64,000 nucleotides of DNA from Candidatus Berkelbacteria bacterium RIFCSPLOWO2_01_FULL_50_28 (GCA_001774395.1 MEZX01000002.1:160753-224752), one strand, 5' to 3'; shown: positions 28,801 to 36,501, counted from the first letter of the stretch. Program-made: numbers and translations. Notes: generated by a model from the sequence alone, not told the origin.

Positions 28801-30964
28801 CCAAGGGCCGAATACCGATTCTGGATACTATATTCAGAATATCCGTTCGTCGTACTTTGCTAATGTCTTCACAAGCTCCGTTGCGGCCGAGAACCCGGGG
28901 ATGGTCAAAGACTTGGATTACACCGATCCGCGGACTGAACAGCACTATGTAGCGTGGGATGAGACTAAAAACTGGACTTTGAAACTCGACACGACGGGGC
29001 AGGAGAGTCTATCCAGCGGCCAACTTGTGCCAGGCGCCCAGATTATTATTGAGCGCCAGAGCTTGGTTGCTGACGGAGCTCAGCCGCGCGGTCGTGAAGT
29101 TTTCCACGGTTACATCGTCAGTAACTTTGGCGGCTCTTATGACAGCACCAAGATAGTGGTGCGCCACAACCCGTCTTACGCCGACGACAAAGGTCTGCTC
29201 GGAGATTCAGCCGCTTCTAAAATCTCTATCTATTCCTATCTGCCAACGACCGCCCCGATCCGTAAACAGAGCGATTCGAACTGGCTAACCGCCGCGTGGG
29301 ACGGGACAACGAAGAGTTTCACTGTTAGCTCAAGCGACATCAACCTTAACGAAATCCCACCAGTTGGAGCTCTGATTCAATCCTGGAAAAACCCCAACAG
29401 CAGTGCCACGATCGATGCGACGCTCTTTGTGGTGAAGGGCCGTACTTACAGCTACAACCTCGGGGCGCATCAGTTCCGATTCGATGTGGATACCATCAAG
29501 CTCTCCACGCCTCTCCCAATTGCCTTCGGTAGCAACCAGGTGGTCGGAGATGCTAATAGTGCCCGGGTTATGTCGCTTGGTGATCAAAATATGCCTTGGG
29601 ACAGCTGGGCTGCACCGGACTGGGCGACAGACGCTTCTGCCAATAATCGCTGGGTTATCCGTCGTTCTGCCACGGGAAACCCGGGTTACGCGCCAGGTCC
29701 GCGCCAAGCAGCCGCTCTAGGGTCGTATTTCGATGGCACAAATTCGCAACTCTATATGGCTGGGGCTAGCTTCGGTCCGACGTCGACAGTTTGGAAAAAA
29801 TCCAACGCTGGCAAGACTACTTATACTAGCGACACTGCCTGGTCGTTTCTCAAGACATCGCCGAACAACGACAACGGTTTACCCAGTTTGTGGGGCTCCT
29901 CGATGATTGTTTACCGGTTCAATAGCCAAACAAAAGCGGTTTATTTCAACGGTAAGTTGAAGTACGACAACGGCCGTAACGATTACGGTCGCACCGTTGG
30001 GGCTCGTATCTTGGGGCGGCCGGACTTGAATCGCTGGGGAACCGAATCCAACGGCGGTTACCAGAACAGTGACAATACTTTTTATCTGGACGACACTAGC
30101 TCAACGCTTGATTCGGCCGGGTTTGTTAGTAGTATTTACAACAACTTCCCCACAACCGCTCCAACATCGGTCAAAGATAGTTTTCGCCTCAAGGGATACG
30201 GAATTACGCCAACATCGCAAGGCGGTTGGAGCACCGGCAAAGCGGTCTGCCCGTACTTGGGTCAGAAATGCGACGGCGGTAACGATTACAGCCCGCTTTT
30301 GGGCAGCCTGGGAACGCTCGGCCGCAGCTCCAGTAACAGCAGCGCCTACGGCGGCTACGGTTGGGGCTCGAGTCGAGCGGTTCTGAACCCTGGTTCGGCA
30401 TTCTTGAGCCAAGGTGGCAACGCGAGCGCGATTCTCTCCGGGCCAACATTCTCTGGCAACATCACCAACGGTCGTTGGGAGCAGGACGGTTACGCACCGT
30501 ATCTCTGTGACTCGCAAGTCGGCTGCGGCAATTACTATCAATCGAACTACGGCTCGCTGGCAACTAATTTCCAGAGCGATAAGACGATAATGTTTGCTGG
30601 TTACACTAAACTGATCGGCGGCGGTAAGGGCGGAGCGATTCTGGTCACGCCAGCCGGCGTCGGCACAGGGTTTCTAACCAAATCCGGCATACTTGGTGGC
30701 GCGAGTGATCGTTGGTACTCGTACTGCGCCGCCAGCGACACTACTGTTGATGGCAGCGATAACTACACCTGTAACACCAAAGCAACGCGCTATTTGCCCT
30801 GGTTGCCGGACATCGAAGATATGCTTTTCCTGATGAACGCCGCGGTAAAGTTGGCCTCGGCCGACAGCTACAAAGTCACCGGTTACTACGGCAACGCCCG
30901 TCGGGCCTATATTGTCACTTCCGTTACCGGCGAAGATGCGAAGGTTCAGGAAATAACGCCGTAA
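25862..30964 (+). CDS. Giant pilus-associated protein (1700 aa) with a PilX-like N-terminal TM segment; Gly/Thr/Asn-rich, beta-rich. A putative tip adhesin by analogy to PilY1
   Basis: MTTKGSSGSVLLLTVMVLAVLTTTTFGAIAV; 4-nt overlap with the preceding pseudopilin; no catalytic motifs seen. Confidence 0.8.
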   Translation: MTTKGSSGSVLLLTVMVLAVLTTTTFGAIAVRFDQLAATDKLTNSAVAKLAADSGLAQLRDKLINNQPVSQAYSYNIETAQENQIATTAGYRPNPRSSYATYEPAKTSLPRCIAAAVLDPWVNSGKYLSKDVASPTLIFYYANIVNDTPLGILPANANLSVNDKKIPISDVTSMGHFYNPFAPLNATQDSPSYWTIKLGGPDDQFLTQKASNNVDSLFRGLDVLYSYYLPRLTDSGIAAGGSQTGLDRIDSADLTGLFEDTIRNNNFKVWLDASISDTYLYQYGLGDLFVANSQYRIKWMQPSLWNDLPEADVAVPYKSDDLGASTVSWTKKGLPLLTPGADIGGWGVSILRGASSFSFVRLSSASNGVAFSPGQTIDGFVYGGLDGLRLNSRLSLQLFTKVGGHVSLKSRAQDQGKLYGATVTQIGSVTAQNIAIKLKLSSNDYETPTLSYSSAYPTGSMIGTIALLAAPQFSTNKSLSSATVKADGDGINANITVQSNGNCVAVAGSFTACPAVGDLIGLSKSGQDPLWGMVETVSFTGTNLGSFTIDKLRRGPKPTRHQAVTYYTANSNPRIAYFGGAIDMNDYDGGYASESAELWIYDPEGDSWSYPNNPGGTPPGPRAGASMVYDNVNGRLVVVGGYYHEAVTPDANPAFDCEISQQSCLYTNRPHFRIAKRIVNDVYAYNIAGNSWEKMNYTFTGAAQKIENGVTYTARVVSTLANRSGLEGWRQTTLMENASPQTININGAATNIVVKPSAAGLAIGDELYLSGKLTVSAASFTAWGRITGINYAANSITVTVRGYKKAAPTDPNTVTLSDLSMQVLSRLGNGNGQTCTGVVTTSYSCNFSNITGFAVGDQVVLERYVGSENLTDVLSGFISYTSGTSAYFVADERDSAILDFADQSLGRPSGGTAVAFPVGRYGATLGQDPTAGDTDKALLYQGASKNFAANLRFNDVWQAKFNAGTGTGSIAWTLFNLQNPQGPNTDSGYYIQNIRSSYFANVFTSSVAAENPGMVKDLDYTDPRTEQHYVAWDETKNWTLKLDTTGQESLSSGQLVPGAQIIIERQSLVADGAQPRGREVFHGYIVSNFGGSYDSTKIVVRHNPSYADDKGLLGDSAASKISIYSYLPTTAPIRKQSDSNWLTAAWDGTTKSFTVSSSDINLNEIPPVGALIQSWKNPNSSATIDATLFVVKGRTYSYNLGAHQFRFDVDTIKLSTPLPIAFGSNQVVGDANSARVMSLGDQNMPWDSWAAPDWATDASANNRWVIRRSATGNPGYAPGPRQAAALGSYFDGTNSQLYMAGASFGPTSTVWKKSNAGKTTYTSDTAWSFLKTSPNNDNGLPSLWGSSMIVYRFNSQTKAVYFNGKLKYDNGRNDYGRTVGARILGRPDLNRWGTESNGGYQNSDNTFYLDDTSSTLDSAGFVSSIYNNFPTTAPTSVKDSFRLKGYGITPTSQGGWSTGKAVCPYLGQKCDGGNDYSPLLGSLGTLGRSSSNSSAYGGYGWGSSRAVLNPGSAFLSQGGNASAILSGPTFSGNITNGRWEQDGYAPYLCDSQVGCGNYYQSNYGSLATNFQSDKTIMFAGYTKLIGGGKGGAILVTPAGVGTGFLTKSGILGGASDRWYSYCAASDTTVDGSDNYTCNTKATRYLPWLPDIEDMLFLMNAAVKLASADSYKVTGYYGNARRAYIVTSVTGEDAKVQEITP

Positions 30965-31190
30965 GTGAAGGACTGCGCCCTCAAACCAATTTTTGTGGGG
31001 AGGAGGCTCCCACACCTTTTTTGCAGAGGACAAGGGGCCTACTTGCGAAGCGGCCCCCTATCCTCTGCACTCCAACCCCTGCCCGCTTCACCTTAGCGGC
31101 GGACAAGGTGAAAAACCGCTCACGGACCTGCTGTGGGTCAGGCTCGCGGTTTTTCGGTATTGATAAGCGGGATACACTGTCGGTTTTCGA

Positions 31191-32075
31191 TTATTTGTAT
31201 TCGTGCTGGGCGATTTCGTAGTGAAGTTTTATGCGGTCGTCCCAACTGCGGCCGCGTAGGTCAACAGAGTGCGGTACTTCTTTTATTTCGCCCTTGCTGT
31301 CACGGCGAATAATGCCAACATTGTAGTAAACCATCGGTGTTTCCTCGGCAGTTTTCTTGACGTAATCGGGATGTTTCTCGCCGTAGACGCCGCGCAAGAA
31401 ATCTTCTGTGCTCATGGCCGGGAAAACGTTCGTGTACACGACCGATGGATTGCCGTCGATATACTTGCCGATGTAGCGCGCAAATGCAGGGTCCTTATCG
31501 TCGCCTAGGCACATTTGGTTGAAGAAGATAACTCCACCATCAGCCAGGTGGTGGTTGGCGATCTGGAGCTGATTTTTGAACTCATCCTGACCATCACTGC
31601 CGCCGCGAGCGTGTTGGGGAATTTTGTCGCGAATCGCTTCCGGATAAAGATGATACGGCGGGTAAAGGCCGATGACCTTGGCTGATTTGGGTGGAAAGCT
31701 ATCTTCGCTATAGAGCTCATGCTTCACCTCGAATCGAACGTCATTGAGCTTGGCATTTTCTTGGGCTTGCTCAATTGCTCGGGCACTTTTATCAAGCGCT
31801 ATAACCTTGCTGCCAGGGAAATGTTTGCTAACGAGAATTGAAAACACGCCGCTACCGCAGCCGATATCCAAGAAGTCGATCGAGCCGTTAGAGTCTTGCA
31901 GCGCTTTGGCAATATAAGGCTTAGAAAACTCCCAAGTGAACGGCTGCTCCTCGTAAAACACCGCCATCACGTTATCGCTCTGGTCGGTGCGTTTGCGGTT
32001 AATTGGATCAACTTTTAGTTTAATGCCGGCAAACTCGACATTTTCATCGAACATATTGGGGTTACTAATTGCCAT
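31191..32075 (-). CDS. SAM-dependent methyltransferase (294 aa) with motif I LDIGCGSGVF and a PPY motif
   Basis: FLDIGCGSGVFSILV and GLYPPYH. The [NDS]PP[YF] motif is typical of amino-group (N6-A/N5-Gln-type) methyltransferases. Confidence 0.7.
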   Translation of the reverse strand: MAISNPNMFDENVEFAGIKLKVDPINRKRTDQSDNVMAVFYEEQPFTWEFSKPYIAKALQDSNGSIDFLDIGCGSGVFSILVSKHFPGSKVIALDKSARAIEQAQENAKLNDVRFEVKHELYSEDSFPPKSAKVIGLYPPYHLYPEAIRDKIPQHARGGSDGQDEFKNQLQIANHHLADGGVIFFNQMCLGDDKDPAFARYIGKYIDGNPSVVYTNVFPAMSTEDFLRGVYGEKHPDYVKKTAEETPMVYYNVGIIRRDSKGEIKEVPHSVDLRGRSWDDRIKLHYEIAQHEYK

Positions 32076-32892
32076 TTTCTCCTTTTGTTACGTTATATTT
32101 CTCTGCTGCATCCCACGCTAAACGCCAAATCGCCATCAACATATCCGCAACGTCTTTACTTTCAATGACTGCGGCTAGTAGATTCTTCTTGTATATAGAA
32201 ATGTAGACCTTACCCGCTTTGGGATGCACGGTGATCGATCCAGTAAAAGGAAATCTGTCACGAGGGATATATCGGCTTATCCGTAAGGGATTATTCTCAT
32301 TTTCTTGGACTCTACCGTCGCGATGGGTGTAAATAACGTTAGACTTCGTACCACGTTCTTCCCGCGGTTTTTCATGAACTTCGCCGTAGTTGGGGAAGGC
32401 ATCTTTTAACTCGTCTAAAGCAGTAAACGAAAAAATCTCCATATCCGGATCGGTGCTTGCGCTTGTGCGCATAGTCTTCTGTCCCTCGAGACCTTCGTAG
32501 ATACGGATAACCGGACGATTCTTGGACATTCGAAACAATGCCGCTAGCTGAGGAATAACGGTACCAATCCTCTCTTCGTCTTGTGCCAGTCGCTGCTTTT
32601 GTGTTTCTAAGAGTTTCTTTAGGTTCTCGGGCGATTCGGCACTGTATAGTGTCTTTTTGCCCAATTCTCGATGAGAAGCTAGCCCCTTCTTGCTAAGCTC
32701 GCCCAAGATAAAGTATGCCGTGGGGCGGTTAATGCCGGACTTTGTTGCGATGTTTTGGACAGAGCTTTCGCCAAGCTCTAATGCAGCGAGGTAGACCCTA
32801 GACTCCTTCTCGCTCAATCCGGCACTTGTCAGCATCTCTTCCATTCCTATTTGTATATTAACTTTTTTGCCATCGGTTTTCTTATAACGCAT
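32065..32892 (-). CDS. TrmB-family transcriptional regulator (about 275 aa)
   Basis: LSEKESRVYLAALELGESSVQNIATKSGINRPTAYFILGELSKKGL. Start chosen at M18 (32892) because TTGACA-17-TATAGT ends about 6 nt upstream, making the mRNA leaderless. Alternative starts are 32844 and 32943. Confidence 0.75.
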   Translation of the reverse strand: MRYKKTDGKKVNIQIGMEEMLTSAGLSEKESRVYLAALELGESSVQNIATKSGINRPTAYFILGELSKKGLASHRELGKKTLYSAESPENLKKLLETQKQRLAQDEERIGTVIPQLAALFRMSKNRPVIRIYEGLEGQKTMRTSASTDPDMEIFSFTALDELKDAFPNYGEVHEKPREERGTKSNVIYTHRDGRVQENENNPLRISRYIPRDRFPFTGSITVHPKAGKVYISIYKKNLLAAVIESKDVADMLMAIWRLAWDAAEKYNVTKGENGN

Positions 32893-33233
32893 CTTAACGT
32901 AACTATAATCTAACCTTTGAAATATGTCAAGGGCTATTGACAACTATTGTACAATATGCTATTATCCCCTTTGAAGCTTAACAATAGGTTGTCAATAGAA
33001 ACTGACTTTTCGCCGATAGGGACCACGGCAGAGGCGCTCCTACCCGCAAGGGATGTGAGCGATGCTCGTTTGAGCGGTACGCCGCCCTAAAGACTTTTAG
33101 TTGGTACTTGTCGATCCTTGTGAGCCCACATTCCTTGAATAGCGATTATTAATCACTAGAAAGGGATATTCAGCACCTAACCGTGCTGACATGTAAGGGA
33201 AATAACCTTTACATATCAGTGCGGTTAACGGCT

Positions 33234-33369
33234 GGGGGCGAACGGGTTCGACAGAGACCCAAGTGCGTGGTTAGGGCGTGGTAGCCCAACTCGGAAAAAC
33301 GGCTCAAGAAAGACCGAGCATCACGTAGCAAGTCTTTGGAACTGGGTTCGATTCCCAGCGCCTCCACCA
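33234..33369 (+). ncRNA. ssrA: Miniature tmRNA (ssrA)-like RNA: canonical tmRNA 5' and 3' tRNA-like halves only about 136 nt apart; no identifiable tag reading frame or pseudoknots
   Basis: 5' GGGGGCGAACGGGUUCGACAGAGACCCAAGUGCG resembles B. subtilis GGGGACGUUACGGAUUCGACAGGGAU. 3' GGAACUGGGUUCGAUUCCCAGCGCCUCCACCA resembles GGACGUGGGUUCGACUCCCACCGUCUCCACCA. A G3-U70 pair is present and CCA is encoded. Confidence 0.5.
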
Positions 33370-33548
33370 GATTCGTTTCAACCGGTCGCCGACAAATAAA
33401 GGCGGCCAGCGGCTACCCCCTCCGGGTTTAGGGGTAGCAGTGGGCGGTTATGTAACCCACTGCCTAGGATCACCGCCAAGGTGATCTGACGACTTAGGGA
33501 ACCAAAACTTGGCGAAAGAGAGTCCGTATACTCTCAGGTTCCCGCCTC

Positions 33549-33610
33549 GGATCCGGCTCGAGGCCCGTGCTCGAGCCTGAAATTGAGGGAATTGTCCCTT
33601 GCACTTTACA
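33549..33610 (+). promoter_or_regulatory. Cassette-upstream element A (hairpin GGCTCGAGG-cccgtg-CTCGAGCC + CTGAAATTGAGGGAATTGTCCCTTGCACTTTACA)
   Basis: Member of a 5-copy family (A-E) confined to 33.5-35.6 kb. Confidence 0.6.
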
Positions 33611-33734
33611 AATAGAAAGTTGATAGAGCTTCGGCAAAACTATCCGTTAGTCAGACGACGTTAAGTCCGGCCCTCAGTCGAACGAGTAGCAATACTTGGA
33701 CGAGGATGTATTTCAAGGGAACAGTGAAAGTAAT

Positions 33735-34319
33735 ATGAAAAACCTGACAACTGCCTTGGCCTTCGCCGTTGCCTCGATCGTTTCTGCTCAGACCTCGTTG
33801 GTTTGGGTGGACAGCGCCAAGGGGGGTTCGCCCTCCGTAACAGCTGCCTTCTTCGCGAAGGACGGTTGGGAGGTCTGGGCGTTCGGGGCGAATAACCCCA
33901 AAACGCTCGACCTGGAACTGGGGCGCCTCTTTCCTTGGGGAAAGAAGGTGCTGGTTGGCGGGTACGTTGCCGTTTGGCCGGATTCAAACAGGACCTTCGG
34001 GATACCGTTTGTGATGGTCAACGACAAGGTGCTTGGAGGCCACTTGTGCCTCAAGCTAGGCTGTTACCTGCCGTTAAACGGTGGGCCAACTATCCTTTTC
34101 TCCGATGAGAGTTCGCTCTTGTGGGAGGCCAAAAAAGGGTTAAGTTGGGGGCCGATTCTCTCCTACGTTCAGGTCGACGGTGGTAAGCCAATCGCAAGAT
34201 TGGGACTGTCACTGCGCCTGACGAAGGGGGATGAAACCCTGGAGCTTAGCTGCCAACCGGTTTACTTATCTGGGGACGGGGAAACCCGCTTCCGGATCGG
34301 TATTACCCACCGGTTCTAG
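33735..34319 (+). CDS. Secreted beta-rich protein (about 194 aa), signal peptide, C-terminal ...GITHRF (OMP-like, resembles the 14421 product)
   Basis: MKNLTTALAFAVASIVSAQTS; internal start of track ORF 33696. Confidence 0.55.
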   Translation: MKNLTTALAFAVASIVSAQTSLVWVDSAKGGSPSVTAAFFAKDGWEVWAFGANNPKTLDLELGRLFPWGKKVLVGGYVAVWPDSNRTFGIPFVMVNDKVLGGHLCLKLGCYLPLNGGPTILFSDESSLLWEAKKGLSWGPILSYVQVDGGKPIARLGLSLRLTKGDETLELSCQPVYLSGDGETRFRIGITHRF

Positions 34320-34461
34320 CTCGCTGACCGAGTACGGTTGGGCGCTGAATCGCGCCTTGGAGCTGCATAAAGGAGCGGCAGATCGGGCAGAAACAAGACG
34401 CAAAGAAGTGTGATGGAGGTTCCCTATTGTTAGCCTCCTGCGTCGCCCAGTAATGTTTCAG

Positions 34462-34524
34462 TTTTCATCCACGGCCGGATTCATCCGGCCTGAAATTGAG
34501 AGCTGAAAGGTTCTCGCACATTTT
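34462..34524 (+). promoter_or_regulatory. Cassette-upstream element B (hairpin GGCCGGAT-tc-ATCCGGCC + CTGAAATTGAGAGCTGAAAGGTTCTCGCACATTTT)
   Basis: About 85% identical to element E. Confidence 0.6.
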
Positions 34525-34557
34525 ACAGGGTAGCGACCAACGCCAGGAGAAAAATAC

Positions 34558-34782
34558 ATGACAAGCATCCTCGCCATCCTCGTCGCGATCATTCTGGCAG
34601 TTGGGAACACAGTGCTGATGGGCTCGGCCCTGATAGCGCTCCAGCATGGCCGGTTTGGTCTTCTGCTCGTTGCGCTGATGGTGCTGTTCGTCTCCGGCGA
34701 ACTGATCATCAAGCCCCTGTTTCGACTTGTGGGCGAACAGGGAGTGCGAAAGCACTTGGCTAAGCGCAACAAGGGAGAGTAG
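34558..34782 (+). CDS. Small 2-TM membrane protein (74 aa)
   Basis: MTSILAILVAIILAVGNTVLMGSALIALQHGRFGLLLVALMVLFVSG...; SD CCAGGAGA. Confidence 0.55.
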   Translation: MTSILAILVAIILAVGNTVLMGSALIALQHGRFGLLLVALMVLFVSGELIIKPLFRLVGEQGVRKHLAKRNKGE

Positions 34783-34822
34783 CCCTCGTATTACTCACGT
34801 TTCAGCAATTGAAACGCCCTTT

Positions 34823-34886
34823 GATCCGGCTCGAGGCCTGTGCTCGAGCCTGAAACTAAGGGCTGAAAAGCTCTAATTTGCACATT
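34823..34886 (+). promoter_or_regulatory. Cassette-upstream element C (hairpin GGCTCGAGG-cctgtg-CTCGAGCC + CTGAAACTAAGGGCTGAAAAGCTCTAATTTGCACATT)
   Basis: About 80% identical to element A. Confidence 0.6.
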
Positions 34887-34898
34887 CCAGGAGGCAAG

Positions 34899-35114
34899 AT
34901 GCGTGTAATACTTAAGGTTTACCATGACTGCGGCAGTGATATCAGTACAGTCGAGTTTGATCTCGACGATCTGGTCAGAACACTCAACGCTGGCGGGACC
35001 TTCGAGGTCAAGGCAATGTGCGACGATTTGCACAGTAGGAGACTGGGCCTCCGATATAGCTTGGGACACGAGAATCATACGGGCAAATTTGTTGTTGTGC
35101 CCAGGAAAAGCTGA
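34899..35114 (+). CDS. Small hypothetical protein (71 aa; MRVILKVYHDCGSDISTVEFDLDDLVRTLNAGG...)
   Basis: AGGAGG lies 4 nt upstream of the ATG at 34899. The track ORF starts at 34878 without an SD. Confidence 0.5.
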   Translation: MRVILKVYHDCGSDISTVEFDLDDLVRTLNAGGTFEVKAMCDDLHSRRLGLRYSLGHENHTGKFVVVPRKS

Positions 35115-35127
35115 ACCACAACCTTCA

Positions 35128-35180
35128 TATCCGGCTTGAGCCGTCTCGAGCCCGAAATTGAGAGCTGAAAAAGCTAAGGA
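35128..35180 (+). promoter_or_regulatory. Cassette-upstream element D (hairpin GGCTTGAGCC-gt-CTCGAGCC + CGAAATTGAGAGCTGAAAAAGC, running straight into the SD)
   Basis: Truncated variant lacking the TTGCACAT block. Confidence 0.55.
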
Positions 35181-35190
35181 GAACATTAAA

Positions 35191-35478
35191 ATGGCGACAA
35201 TCATTGCCAACGAACAGTTGACCAAGACTCTAGAACCGCTTCTTGAAGATGTCGATGCGATCTATGTGGATACCCACTCATCGACGGGTCAGATTGACGA
35301 GGAACGAATAAGCCAGGCTGCAGAGCTGGCTCGCAGGGGAAAACGAGTTGTCCTTTTCGGATGGTTCGCCGAGGCCGAGGTGGGTAGTAAAATCGCCCCG
35401 TGTATGACCTACCAGAACGCGGTCTATGCCCGTTTACCGCTTTCGATCGACCAGATGCGGGAACTGGGCAAAGGATGA
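35191..35478 (+). CDS. Small hypothetical protein (95 aa; MATIIANEQLTKTLEPLLEDVDAIYVDTHSSTGQ...)
   Basis: AAGGAGA lies 8 nt upstream of the ATG. Confidence 0.5.
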   Translation: MATIIANEQLTKTLEPLLEDVDAIYVDTHSSTGQIDEERISQAAELARRGKRVVLFGWFAEAEVGSKIAPCMTYQNAVYARLPLSIDQMRELGKG

Positions 35479-35489
35479 TGTCGTCTCAA

Positions 35490-35550
35490 CTTTCATCCAC
35501 GGCCGGATCTTTCCGGCCTGAAAATGAGAGCTGAAAAGTTCTTGCACATC
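35490..35550 (+). promoter_or_regulatory. Cassette-upstream element E (hairpin GGCCGGA-tctt-TCCGGCC + CTGAAAATGAGAGCTGAAAAGTTCTTGCACATCC)
   Basis: Family member upstream of the REC-zinc-finger gene. Confidence 0.6.
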
Positions 35551-35568
35551 CAACTACAGGTGAAATAA

Positions 35569-36291
35569 ATGCGTATTTTAGTGGTAGAAGATTCCGAACT
35601 GCACCGCCGCTCCGCTATCAAGACACTCGAGGGCCACGAGCTTACGATCGCCGCCAACTACAAGCAGGCTGTCAATTGCTTGGGAGGCGCCACGGCCAAC
35701 GAGTACGAGCGTCAAGAGAAAGGAGATCCGTACGACGTGCTACTGACCGATATGATGATCGGGAGCGGCGAGACCAATGACGAGGGGACGCACGCCTTCG
35801 GGTTCGTCCTGGCTCTGATAGCCGCCCTGCGTGGGGTTAAGCACATTGCACTGCTCACCGACATTAACCATCACCACGCTGGTCCTAGCCAAGCGCTCGA
35901 CGCGATCGGCCCGGCCTACTACCGCTGCCCGGGAGAATTCGCGCCAAACTTCGAGATCAACGGCGCTAAGGCGATGTTCGTCCACGCCCCGGTGAGGACG
36001 TTTGAGACGCTCAAGAATCAGCCGTGCGAGAATTGTGTTGATCTGGTGGCCGTGAGGTATAGCACCTGCGATTACCCGCCGAGCTGGAAGCCGGGGGAGT
36101 GCCGATACTGTAAAGGCACCGCTTTCTTAGAGGACGACGAAGAGCGCGAGGTTTGCCCCGCTTGCAAAGCTGATCCCGGCAAATGCAGCGATTGCAAAGG
36201 AACCGGCGTGGCCGACCGCAACCTGGTTGGCAAAGATTGGGGAATGGTCCTGAAGGACCTGCTCGGAACGCTACCAACCGACGAGGTGTAG
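35569..36291 (+). CDS. Response-regulator receiver (REC)-like domain fused to a DnaJ-type cysteine-rich (CxxCxGxG) zinc-finger region, 240 aa
   Basis: N-terminus MRILVVEDSE...YDVLLTDMMIG (acidic pocket and putative phospho-Asp). C-terminus CRYCKGTA...CPACKADPGKCSDCKGTGV. Confidence 0.6.
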   Translation: MRILVVEDSELHRRSAIKTLEGHELTIAANYKQAVNCLGGATANEYERQEKGDPYDVLLTDMMIGSGETNDEGTHAFGFVLALIAALRGVKHIALLTDINHHHAGPSQALDAIGPAYYRCPGEFAPNFEINGAKAMFVHAPVRTFETLKNQPCENCVDLVAVRYSTCDYPPSWKPGECRYCKGTAFLEDDEEREVCPACKADPGKCSDCKGTGVADRNLVGKDWGMVLKDLLGTLPTDEV

Positions 36292-36310
36292 CCAATCACC
36301 TCCGCAAACC

Positions 36311-36345
36311 CGCCCTGAAATATGGGCGGGATATTTTTATGCCCT
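36311..36345 (+). terminator. Intrinsic terminator (CCCGCCC-tgaaatat-GGGCGGG + aTATTTTT) closing the cassette array
   Basis: A perfect 7-bp stem plus a T tract 20 nt after the stop. Confidence 0.65.
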
Positions 36346-36501
36346 AACCTGTCTTATCATATATATGCGATAAAGTAGGTTAGGAGCCGTATGCTATATA
36401 TGACATACGGGTGACAGTGAATACTGGAAATGATTGGTGGCTCGGCGTGAGTTATACGCGCAAGTCTCCCTATTCGGTCGAAAGTTGCTTATTCGCTTCG
36501 C

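Noticed and set aside
33234-33369. Interpreting the 136-nt RNA as an ordinary tRNA with an intron, or as a two-piece (permuted) tmRNA
   Set aside because: Both 5' and 3' ends match tmRNA termini specifically, not tRNA D or anticodon arms. The order 5'-GGGG...CCA-3' is the standard non-permuted order
33549-35550. Sigma54 promoter (TGGCAC-N5-TTGCA) interpretation of the cassette-upstream elements
   Set aside because: TTGCA is present but the obligatory -24 GG is not (CTGAAA instead of TGGCAC) and the spacing is inconsistent among copies. No rpoN or enhancer-binding protein was seen. I left it as an unassigned promoter/leader element
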